From a candidate division WOR-3 bacterium (GTDB lineage Bacteria > Hydrothermota > 32-111): DNA of 64,000 nucleotides. Positions 18,343-27,948 of the stretch are shown here, piece by piece; position 1 is the stretch's first letter, and the number at the start of each line of letters is the position of its first letter. The notes under the pieces were generated by a model. It saw nothing but the letters and a program-made list of their open reading frames with translations, was not told the DNA's origin and did no database searches. Location of the stretch: positions 480,001 to 544,000 of the forward strand of contig JBDRZU010000001.1 of NCBI GenBank assembly GCA_039804105.1, given 5' to 3'. The position numbers were made by a program, and so were the translations under genes.

Positions 18343-21300
18343 CTATTTAATAAAACCAATCTTACCACTCTCCTTTCCATATTTGCTTTCAAATATATAA
18401 AAATAAATGCCGCTTGACAAACCAGTTGTTTTTCCATCAACTCTTATGATATTTTCTCCTTTCTGACCATTCATTTTTTTTGAGTAAATCTCTCTACCCA
18501 TTATATTAAAAATTTTTAACTCAATCAACCCACTTTCAGGAAGCAAAAAATTAAATTCTATCTTTTTGTCTGAAAATCCTGCTCCTCTCCATTTATATTT
18601 AAATTCGCCAACACTTTCATTAATTTTTCCAAATTGCAAATAACTATTTTTAGTAGCACTGAAATCTTTAATTATTTTATCATATTCGTAAAGATGAATA
18701 TTTATGGTTCTATTTGGATTACCTCTTATCCTATCGATGTTTAATTTTATATCTCCATCCTGATAATCTGATTTATCAAGAACAAAGAATGTTCTGTTTT
18801 CTTTACCTTCTATAAGCTTCACAAATTCTTCTTCTATACTTAATGCATAAGGTTGATTTTTGTTATTATTTGTCGTAATAATTTCAAGTAGATAATCCAT
18901 CGCAGGATTCAGACATTCTATTTGAGCACTCAATCTTTCAATAGGTTGTCTACTCTGTGGCGAAGGTAAAAAATTTCTCAGTACACTTTCAGAAATACTG
19001 GTTAATGTATCAGTTAAAGTAATACTCCTTGGATTTTCCAGTATTGGATAGATCGAATCAGTATAAATCCTAAAATTTGTTCCACCACATTCTATTTTAT
19101 AGTGGTTATTATGCCCTTCGACCCATAAAGCTCTTATTTTAGTATTTTTTATATATACATCCTGCCCAGTTGATGGGTTAAGTCCTATTGAAAGGGATAT
19201 AGAATCAACTAACACAGGATAGAAACAACTATCCAATCCTTTATTTAAAGTTACATTCTCAACTTCATTTGAAAATTCTTGAGTATTTATTCTGACCAAT
19301 TTGTCATCTCCAACATATGTAATAATTGAATTGTAAATACGTGGATATTTCATATCATTAACAACATTATCAACAATTTTTTTAAATGAATTATCAAGAT
19401 ATATTTCATTTCTAAAATGTAAATCATTATATTCCTGCCAAATTATTTTGTTGGTATCATTAAATGATTTCAGGTTAACATCTGGATTAAAGGAATAAAA
19501 AGTTGAATTTGAAACCTTTTCTGAAATAAGCCAAATATTTTTTGTAGCATCAAACTTTTTTCTAATAATCTCTCCATTTGCATCTTGAAAGACAATTTCA
19601 GGTCCTAATTTATTATTTGTTGTGGTAACACCTATACACGAAAAATCATAAGGTTTCACAAGATAATTGTTTTTATCCAGTTCACCTTCTTCACCTATTA
19701 GTTGAATAAATTCAGGGATTGTTAAATTATTATACATAAATGAAGTATATTGCAATGTCCATTGATTATCAATTGTCAGATGATCCGTTGTTATACCTGC
19801 AAACCATAATTGTGACAAATTAGCAGGATTCGCTAATATTGAAGGGCTTCGATATCCCATAACAGTCGGTATTAAAGGAACTGTCCATGGGGATGTTGAA
19901 TATGCATATTGCCATGTTTCTCCATCTTTCCAGACAGCAGCTATTCCACCTGAAATTGTCGTTATACTAACATCTCTACCACTACCAATTTTTTTAAGTT
20001 CCCAATTGTTTCCAAAATCCTTGCTCCTACCATATACAATACTATCACCATCAGAATAAGCCAGATGAAGTAACCCATTTTGTTTAACCAGATGGGTGCT
20101 ACTGCTAGGGCCCAGGGCAACATTTGTTGTTGACCACATAAATGGTTTCAAGGTATCAACCGCTGTAAAATATCCTAATTTATCTGCTCTTATTATTACT
20201 GGATAGGTTGTATTTGTTCTTAAATTGAAGTATGCTTTTCCATTGCTATCTGTGTATTTGATTAGTGTTGCTTTTTCAATTGACCCATCATCATTTACCG
20301 TATCATAAGTGATTGTTATTTTCACACTATCTATTCCAAAAAGATCGATATTCTTGTTTCGATAACAAGCATAAACATTAAAAGTATTATTTTTAAGAAC
20401 AGAAATTTCAGTTGGAGAAAACAAATATATTGTATCTCTTGCTACCAGAGGTAAAGTATCTGAAAAAAATGGACATTTTAACGCTCCACCTCTTAATGCA
20501 TAAGCCTTTACAACTAAAGTGTCTGTTTTAAGTGTTTCTCCATCAAATACTAAATTACCAAAGGGAATTTTATATGTTATTCCTTTCAAAACATTGTAAA
20601 GAGTATCCTTTAGATGATATTCAGCATTTTTATCTGGATCATATAATTCAATAACAATGGTATCTCTATATCCTGTATAATTATACAACGAATTAAGTTC
20701 AACATACACCCTGTCACCATTTACAAAAGTTTCAATTTGTTGACTATCTACAGGCAAAACAGACACCGGTAAAATTCCTATTTTTACAGAAAAAGGAGTA
20801 TAAAATCTCTTATAATATTGAAAATAACCGTCTTCAGGATTGAAACTATCAATAATACCTGTAATAAACTCAAATGTTTGGGGTTTATATTCAGTCAACC
20901 CATAAAATTTAAACATTTGATATTTAAGATCTGAGGAAAAAGGAAAATATTTTAAACTATCATGATAAGAACCGTCAAGATATGGATAATAACTATAATT
21001 TCCTGTAGTTTCTGAACCAGGAATAACCATTAAATATTTTATTGTATTGAACATTTTAATCATATCATCTTTTCCAAAAACATCATCAGGGAATTTTTTG
21101 TGATAATCGTTCATAAAAATAAATGAAAGTCCACCATGAGAGATATCATCCGCTTTTCCTTTAACATAATTGACAGAATATGCCCAGAGAAAGGTGGAAT
21201 CAGTGCCATTTCCAAAAACAAAAGTAGAGTCATCAATGTTATTTCTGAAATAATGAGCAAATTTTTTCGTCTGTTCTAAATATATATTTTCTTTTGTGAG

Positions 21301-22177
21301 CTCATAAAGAAATAGTCCCGCATCTGCCATAGTTGAATTTTTATTAAAAGGGTGCCTCATCTTTGCTCTAAAAGGATATTGTGGGTAAAAAGTGTCAATT
21401 TTAACTTCATCATTTATAAAGTTAATATCAATTACATCAAATATGTGTTTCCACGCCCCACAATATGAATCGTTATTTATTGTTGTATCCTGAAACCATT
21501 GAATATATTCATTATAACTCTCTTTACAATCATATATCAATTTTGACCTGTAAGACCAACCTCCAATTTCATCCCATTTGCCAATAGTGTCCATTGCAAT
21601 TACAAATCTTAAAATTGTTTGTAAAATTCTTCCTGTTAAAACCAGATCTGGGTAAGCAAAATATTTTGCAGGAATTCCATGAGAAGGTCCATAATAAATA
21701 AAACGATCCAAGGAAGAGTCATAACCACATATATGGATATTATAGGTAAACAATGAATCATTTCTTTCAATCAATGAATATTTTAACCCTCTCCATGTTT
21801 TTAATGTTCTTTCTGTTCCACTGCTATCTATATAACTATGGACTCCTCTTCGATCATCCCTTAAAGATAAGATTAAATTTATATTATTCGCTATAGAATT
21901 AGCGATTTCAAAATCATATTTATGTTTTAATTTATAGATTGATTTTTCAATTCCATAGCAAAAACTCCATGAAATTTCTCCATAATCATTACCATCTTGT
22001 TGAATATTATCTAAATTTAATTCAAAACTTAAATCACTATAATCCCAACAATTGATGTCTTCAATACTCAAGTTATCTCCAAAACAAAAAATTAATGCAA
22101 AACCTAAAATGAAAACAAAAACTATCTGTAAGTATCGGGGGGGGGGCGATAGTTAGAATTTTTGAAATACTCTTCAT
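18343..22177 (-). CDS. Large secreted modular protein (cassette 1, gene A), frameshifted at a C10 tract: putative phase-variable gene in OFF state
   Basis: AAGGAGGT-ATT-ATG at 22177 is 106 nt (one base out of frame) upstream of the track ORF start at 22071. C9 gives MKSISKILTIAPPRYLQIVFVFILGFALIFCFG-DNLSIED (signal peptide). Body has Asp-box-like SKDFGNNW and tail IFNIMGREI...LSSGIYFY. Confidence 0.8.
22137..22146. repeat. G10 (C10 on coding strand) homopolymer
   Basis: Directly visible; the only long G/C run noticed in the window. Confidence 0.97.
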
Positions 22178-22199
22178 AATACCTCCTTTTATGATTTAA

Positions 22200-22227
22200 A
22201 TTTTAAATGACCTTTTTAAAAAGTCAA
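22200..22227 (-). promoter_or_regulatory. Promoter of cassette 1
   Basis: TTGACT-N16-TAAAAT upstream of AAGGAGGT and ATG 22177. Confidence 0.65.
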
Positions 22228-22295
22228 TAGTTGTATGTATTGTTCTTATGAAAAATTAAAATTTGTTGTGAGTTTAACAAAAAATTTTTCTTCCC

Positions 22296-22323
22296 TTGAA
22301 TAATCCTTCTAAATTACTATAAT
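22296..22323 (+). promoter_or_regulatory. Promoter of SSS symporter operon (leaderless or near-leaderless)
   Basis: TTGAAT-N16-TATAAT, ATG 8 nt downstream, no SD. Confidence 0.6.
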
Positions 22324-22331
22324 TTAAAATT

Positions 22332-23720
22332 ATGATCCAGAGTTTAGATATTTTTGTGATTTTTTTATTTTTCTTTTTTCTGTTAATGATTTCCTATTTT
22401 GCATCAAAAAATGTGAAAGGGAAAGATTCTTTTTTGATCAACAGCAGGAAAACCGGACTATTCCTTTTCATAGCAACAAATGTATCAACATGGTATGGTG
22501 GAATACTTGGAGTTGGTGAATTCACTTACAATTATGGAATTGTTAACTGGGTAACTCAGGGAGTTCCATATTATATTTTTGGTTTCCTTTTCGCTTTTCT
22601 TTTCGCAAAAAGGATAAGGGAAACTTCACTTATAACTATACCGCAAAAGATGGAAAAAGAGTATGGGAAAAAAGTTTCAATATTATCAGCTCTGATTGTT
22701 CTTATTCTTTCATCCCCAGCTCCATATATTTTAATGTTAGGTATAATCTTTGCAAAAATATTTTCAATCAACCTTACATTTTCAATGATAATCTCACTTC
22801 TATTTATACTTCCATTCATACTTAAAGGAGGATTCGTAACAGATATAAAAACTGATCTTTTCCAATTTTTCGTTATGTTTTTGGGTTTTATCCTACTTTT
22901 GTTATTCTCTTATAAAAATATCGGTGATTTTACAATTCTGAAGGAAAATTTACCAAAAGAACATCTATCAGTTACAGGAGGACTTCCCTTCTTTTATGTT
23001 ATCGTCTGGTTTTTTATAGCATCATGGACTTTTGTAGATCCAGGTTTCCATCAGAGATGTTACAGTGCAAAAGATGGAAATGTAGCAAGAAATGGGATAT
23101 TAATATCAATACTTTTTTGGATGCTTTTCGATTTTTTAACAACAACAACAGCACTCTATTCAAGGATAATCTTTCCATCATTGGAATTCCCCCAATGGTC
23201 TTATCTTTTCCTCGCTGATAAAATAATGCCTTCTGGATTTAAAGGTCTATTTTATGCTGCAATATTTGCAACAGTAATTTCTACCTTAAACTCACTTCTC
23301 GTTATAAGTGGAACAACCTTCTCCTTAGACATTGTAAAAAAATTCAAGGATGATATAGACCACAAGAAGGTTACGATTTGGGGAATAATTGTTTCAACTA
23401 TAGTTGGATTTATACTCGCCATTCTTGTTCCATCGGTTGTAAACCTCTGGTACCTTATAGGTTCAGTTTGTATACCTGGTCTTATTTTACCTTTACTTGG
23501 AGCTTATTACAAAAAAATTAAAATATCAAAAAGAATAACATTTTTTGAAATTATTTTTGGATTCTTTGTTCCAATAATTTGGATTTTCATAAGAAAAAGG
23601 TTGGAAAAGAATTCAATTTTATACCTTGTTGAACCCATGTTCGCAGGGCTTATATTTTCATCAATAATTCATATTTATGGGATGATGGAAAATGAAAAGA
23701 AGAAAAATGAGTTTGATTGA
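22332..23720 (+). CDS. Sodium:solute symporter (SSS) family protein
   Basis: About 13 TM segments; ATNVSTWYGG, GG...D..TD..QF, DPGFHQRCYSAK, A.FA..ISTLNS. Confidence 0.88.
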   Translation: MIQSLDIFVIFLFFFFLLMISYFASKNVKGKDSFLINSRKTGLFLFIATNVSTWYGGILGVGEFTYNYGIVNWVTQGVPYYIFGFLFAFLFAKRIRETSLITIPQKMEKEYGKKVSILSALIVLILSSPAPYILMLGIIFAKIFSINLTFSMIISLLFILPFILKGGFVTDIKTDLFQFFVMFLGFILLLLFSYKNIGDFTILKENLPKEHLSVTGGLPFFYVIVWFFIASWTFVDPGFHQRCYSAKDGNVARNGILISILFWMLFDFLTTTTALYSRIIFPSLEFPQWSYLFLADKIMPSGFKGLFYAAIFATVISTLNSLLVISGTTFSLDIVKKFKDDIDHKKVTIWGIIVSTIVGFILAILVPSVVNLWYLIGSVCIPGLILPLLGAYYKKIKISKRITFFEIIFGFFVPIIWIFIRKRLEKNSILYLVEPMFAGLIFSSIIHIYGMMENEKKKNEFD

Positions 23721-24336
23721 AGAAATTTTTAATTCTGTAACACATGGTTTAGGTTTTCTGCTTAGTATTACTGGACTTGTTCTATGTGTTATATTTTCTG
23801 TTAAAGTGAAAAATGTTTATGCGATCGTTTCATCTTCGATATATGGTGCTTCGTTGATCCTCCTTTACATAAGTTCAACACTTTACCACTCTTTTCCGGA
23901 AGGAAATGTTAAAAAAATTTTTAAATTTTTCGATCATACATCAATATATATTCTCATAGCAGGTACATACACTCCATTTACTCTCTTACCTCTTAGAGGC
24001 CCTCTCGGATGGACAATTTTTGGTGTAATTTGGGGATTAGCTCTTTTCGGAATAGTTTTCAAGACATTTTTCATAAACAAAACAGACATAATTTCCACAA
24101 TAATATATATACTGATGGGATGGATGATAGTAATAGCCATAAAACAGGTTTACCTATCGGTTCCCAAAATATCCTTTATCTTTCTTGTTATAGGTGGTAT
24201 CTCTTACACTATAGGGACAATTTTCTATATTCTTGACAGATTATTCTTCTTCCATATAGTTTGGCATATATTCGTTCTAATCGGTTCAATAACCCATTTC
24301 TTTTCAATTTTTCTTTATATAAAATCTTTAAGTTGA
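23692..24336 (+). CDS. Hemolysin III / PAQR family membrane protein (start may be 23707)
   Basis: EEIFNSVTHG, STLYH, DH.SIY.LIAGTYTPF, H.VWH.FV..GS..H. Confidence 0.92.
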   Translation: MKRRKMSLIEEIFNSVTHGLGFLLSITGLVLCVIFSVKVKNVYAIVSSSIYGASLILLYISSTLYHSFPEGNVKKIFKFFDHTSIYILIAGTYTPFTLLPLRGPLGWTIFGVIWGLALFGIVFKTFFINKTDIISTIIYILMGWMIVIAIKQVYLSVPKISFIFLVIGGISYTIGTIFYILDRLFFFHIVWHIFVLIGSITHFFSIFLYIKSLS

Positions 24337-24337
24337 G

Positions 24338-25144
24338 GTGAATATGAAATCAAAAAAAGAGTTGGAACTTGAAAAAACTATAATTTCAAAACTTAGCGGA
24401 AAATGCCTTGAAACAGCCAAGTTAATTTTTCAGGATAAAGAGATAGAATACCTGATGAACTACTCAAACAATGTTTCGATAAAAAGGTTAGGGTTCAACG
24501 ATCATGGGCCTGTTCATATGAAAAGAGCATGTCTTAACTCACTTTTGATGTTCGAACTTTTACATAACGCTGGAGTCAAATTTAACCTTGAAAATGAAGG
24601 TATTGGAAATGTTGATGATAGCAAAATAGCTGTAATTATAGCATCTCTCTTGCATGACATAGGGATGAGTGTTAGCAGAGAAAACCATGAGATCTATTCT
24701 TCACTTATTGGATTAAATATAATCGATAGGATACTTGAGAAAATTTACCAGCACGAATTTGAAAAACATATAATAGTCAGGTCTATGGTTATCGAAGGTA
24801 TAATAGGACATATGGCAACAAAAAGTATAAATTCACTTGAAGCAGGACTCGTCCTTATAGGTGATGGTTGCGACATGGAAAAAGGCAGGGCGAGAATCAC
24901 ATCAATGATCCAAAGAAAACCAAGAGTAGGTGATATTCACAAATACTCTGCATCTGCGATCCAAACAGTCAGTATAGAAAAAGGTATCATAAAACCTATA
25001 AAGATAACTGTTCTTATGAGAGAATCGGTTGGATTCTTCCAGATTGAAGAGGTACTTTTCCCAAAAATAAGTTCAAGTCCCGTAAAACCTTACATAGAGC
25101 TTTTTGCAGGGGTTATTGGAGATGAACTTATGCAGTATCTATAA
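24338..25144 (+). CDS. HD-superfamily metal-dependent phosphohydrolase
   Basis: RLGFNDHG.VH, LLHDIGM...RE.HE, GDGCDMEKGRAR, DIH.YSA.AI. Confidence 0.85.
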   Translation: MNMKSKKELELEKTIISKLSGKCLETAKLIFQDKEIEYLMNYSNNVSIKRLGFNDHGPVHMKRACLNSLLMFELLHNAGVKFNLENEGIGNVDDSKIAVIIASLLHDIGMSVSRENHEIYSSLIGLNIIDRILEKIYQHEFEKHIIVRSMVIEGIIGHMATKSINSLEAGLVLIGDGCDMEKGRARITSMIQRKPRVGDIHKYSASAIQTVSIEKGIIKPIKITVLMRESVGFFQIEEVLFPKISSSPVKPYIELFAGVIGDELMQYL

Positions 25145-25146
25145 TA

Positions 25147-25174
25147 TTGACATTTTGAAATAAAAAGTTAAATT
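25147..25174 (+). promoter_or_regulatory. Promoter of GNAT gene (leaderless)
   Basis: TTGACA-N16-TAAATT, ATG 6 nt after the -10, no SD. Confidence 0.55.
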
Positions 25175-25180
25175 ATATTT

Positions 25181-25930
25181 ATGGAAATAAAAATAGTTAA
25201 ACTCAACAAAGATAACCTTGGACTTGCTTACTCTTGCACAAAGGAAACAAACCTTTGGGGTTCACATTCTCATCAGAAGAGTATAGATTTCCTTTTAAAA
25301 AATTTGGATTATAAAATTTATGCTTACGGAATAACTTTAGATGGAGCTTTAGCAGGTCATGTTATTCTTTTTGACACGAAACAGCCTCTATCTTTAGTTG
25401 AAAGTAAAGATGGTGTTTTCCTGAACTGTATATACATCCTCGAAAGTTTAAGAAATCAAAAATTTGGAACGATGGTGTTAAAACATATTGAAAACCAGAT
25501 AAAAGAAGAGGGGAAAAAAATTATTTTTACACATTCCATCGGTGAAAATGAATGGATGAGCAAAAATTTCTTTATAAAAAATGGTTTTATCGAAGCTCCA
25601 ACAGAAGATGATCTTTTGAAAATACTTTATAAATCTTTCGATAAAGAGGTGAGTTTCAGGATAATTTCTGATGATAAGAATAGAGTCCAAACAAAGACAA
25701 ACCAAATTTTGATAATTTATAACCCTCTCTGCCCACTCGAAAATGAGAAATTCGACCATCTGAAAGAGATTGTTAAAAAAGAGTTCGAAGAGGTTGAGAT
25801 TGAGGAGATCCATTCCTTGGATAAAACTCTATCCTCAGGTATATTTTTCAACAACATTCCACTACTCTACAACAAAAAGAAAGACAAAGAGATATTGGAT
25901 ATAATAAGATCTCTTATGGTAAAAATTTAA
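25181..25930 (+). CDS. GNAT-family N-acetyltransferase (YoaP-like C-terminal extension possible)
   Basis: LNCIYI...RNQKFGT.VL acetyl-CoA motif A, FFIKNGF motif B. Confidence 0.7.
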   Translation: MEIKIVKLNKDNLGLAYSCTKETNLWGSHSHQKSIDFLLKNLDYKIYAYGITLDGALAGHVILFDTKQPLSLVESKDGVFLNCIYILESLRNQKFGTMVLKHIENQIKEEGKKIIFTHSIGENEWMSKNFFIKNGFIEAPTEDDLLKILYKSFDKEVSFRIISDDKNRVQTKTNQILIIYNPLCPLENEKFDHLKEIVKKEFEEVEIEEIHSLDKTLSSGIFFNNIPLLYNKKKDKEILDIIRSLMVKI

Positions 25931-26979
25931 ATTTCCCTCAATATTCTGTTTAAAATAAGAAAACCTATATCCGTGCAGGATATCCTTCCATTTTCTATTT
26001 TAAGATAACCTTCATCTATAAAATAGTTAACCTTATCTTTATCAACAACATTTAAAAATTTTTCATCGTAAAGGATACCTTCACTTTTTCTAAGACCAAG
26101 CATCAGATATTCCAGATTCCTTTTATCTTCATCAATAAACTCTCTCTGCATCGATTCCATGTATCCTTTCATATAAAGTTTTATATTATCACTATTTTTC
26201 ATCCTCTCCTTCCCGTCATAGGATGCTGCCGAAACTCCATAACCTATATAGACTGATGAGGTATCCCAATAGGAAAGATTGTGCAAAGATCTATAACCTT
26301 CTTTTGAAAAATTTGAAACCTCATATCTTTTAAATCCAAAATTTTTCAACTCGTCCAACAAAAAATAATATTCTTCTTCAATATCCTCATTCTCAAGTTC
26401 AGAACCAAAAAGTTTTGCTCCCTTTTCAAGAGTTAGGATATATGCTGAGATGTGTTTAACTGGGAAATTTTTTATTGGAGAAATATAAATCTTATGCCCT
26501 TTTATTCCATATATAAAATCAACTGAAAGATTATCGTTCACATTAAACAATGAAAGAACCTTAAATATTTTTTCAACACTTGCCAACCGTCCAAGTAGTT
26601 TTAAAACATTACCGTCGAACGACTGAATCCCGAGGGAAAACCTATTGAATCCAAGTTCTTTATAAAATTGAATCTTCTCTTCTGTTGTTGATTCGGGATT
26701 CATCTCGATTGTGATCTCTTTTAAATTTTGAAAATCATAGTTATCCTTTAAAACATCAAAAATCTTTTTTATGTATTCAAGATCAACTGATGAAGGTGTC
26801 CCTCCACCAAAATATATAGTATCAACCGAATCAAAAAATTTTTTTCTATCGACTATTTCAAAAGTTAAACTTTTAAAATATTTTCTTATCAGATCCTCAT
26901 CAAATCGTCCTGAAACAAAATTACAGTAAAAACATTTACCATCACAGAATGGGATATGTATGTATATACCTTTATTCAT
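25927..26979 (-). CDS. hemW: Radical SAM heme chaperone HemW (HemN-like)
   Basis: IYIHIPFC...C.YC.F, TIYFGGGTPS, E.NP, R.SLGIQSF, YEVSNFS...S.HNL.YW; downstream of lepA. Confidence 0.88.
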   Translation of the reverse strand: MNKGIYIHIPFCDGKCFYCNFVSGRFDEDLIRKYFKSLTFEIVDRKKFFDSVDTIYFGGGTPSSVDLEYIKKIFDVLKDNYDFQNLKEITIEMNPESTTEEKIQFYKELGFNRFSLGIQSFDGNVLKLLGRLASVEKIFKVLSLFNVNDNLSVDFIYGIKGHKIYISPIKNFPVKHISAYILTLEKGAKLFGSELENEDIEEEYYFLLDELKNFGFKRYEVSNFSKEGYRSLHNLSYWDTSSVYIGYGVSAASYDGKERMKNSDNIKLYMKGYMESMQREFIDEDKRNLEYLMLGLRKSEGILYDEKFLNVVDKDKVNYFIDEGYLKIENGRISCTDIGFLILNRILREI

Positions 26980-27508
26980 CGAATAAAATCTTTTTTATCC
27001 TGCTTAAAAACATCTTGTTGTAAACCAATCTTTCAAAAATAAGCATTATGGTTTTTTCGTCTTTCAAAATCAATACGACTGTTGCCTTTTTGAAATGTAA
27101 GAAAACAAAATCGGTTTTTATTATATTTGATTTTATTATCTGATTTATATATGTTGAAAAAATTTTTACTCTCTTTTCATTAAAAGATGTTGTAACCTTA
27201 TTATCATTTTCGATAATGAGATAATCCTGAAGTCCCTCAAGTTTTTTTAAAGAAGAAATGGGATCTTCCTTCTTTTTATCTTCTATTATGAAAACAACAT
27301 TCCCTTTTTTGAGTTTATAGAACGAGTTCAAACAAAAATCTAAATCTTTTTTCCCTTTAAATGAGATATCAACTATGTTTCCGGATTCAAAAATGATGAA
27401 CGAATTTTTATCATCCTCAATCGAGATTTCTCCACTCCTTTTATGTTTTCTAAACTGCTCGATTCTTCTTTTGAGATCAACATTCTCACAGTTTAAAATA
27501 AGTTTCAT
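26972..27508 (-). CDS. Hypothetical protein, possible DUF4388/PATAN-like N-terminal domain
   Basis: KRSGEISI....FIIFESGNIVDI pattern resembles DUF4388; overlapping start/stop junctions in the lepA operon. Confidence 0.5.
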   Translation of the reverse strand: MKLILNCENVDLKRRIEQFRKHKRSGEISIEDDKNSFIIFESGNIVDISFKGKKDLDFCLNSFYKLKKGNVVFIIEDKKKEDPISSLKKLEGLQDYLIIENDNKVTTSFNEKRVKIFSTYINQIIKSNIIKTDFVFLHFKKATVVLILKDEKTIMLIFERLVYNKMFLSRIKKILFDE

Positions 27509-27948
27509 AATTTTTTCTCAAAAACTATAATTCCCTTTATCTCTTTTAAACCAATAAAACCAAAACTCCTTGAATCGTAAGAATTTCTAAAATTGTCACC
27601 GATAACAAAGAAAGAATCCTGTGGCACTATAACTTTTTTTTCGTTTCCATAATTATCAAAAAATAGCAAAGTATCAAATGGAATCCCAACACACCTTTTT
27701 ATGATCTTTTTATTTTTATGTTCAACTATAACATTTTTATTTTTTAAAAAAGAATAATCTTTATCGTTAAGAAGAATTTTAAAAATCGAATATGTTTTTG
27801 TTGGAATAAAAAATGAGATGTCTCCATCATTAAAGGTCGAAGACATTGAATTTCCTTTTATAATAACTGGTGAAAACAAAAAAATTTTTATGAAAAAAAT
27901 TAAAAAAATAGAGATGAGAATCGAAAAAAGAATATCTTTACTCTTCAT
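27505..27948 (-). CDS. lepB: Signal peptidase I (S26)
   Basis: N-terminal TM, G.SM catalytic Ser, IKRCVG.P.D catalytic Lys, FV.GDN..NS.DSR.FG; immediately after lepA. Confidence 0.88.
   Translation of the reverse strand: MKSKDILFSILISIFLIFFIKIFLFSPVIIKGNSMSSTFNDGDISFFIPTKTYSIFKILLNDKDYSFLKNKNVIVEHKNKKIIKRCVGIPFDTLLFFDNYGNEKKVIVPQDSFFVIGDNFRNSYDSRSFGFIGLKEIKGIIVFEKKL

Noticed and set aside
18300..18440. Track start at 18440 for cassette 1 gene B
   Set aside because: It overlaps gene A and buries the signal peptide; ATG 18299 fits the paralog's length and gives a normal N-terminus.
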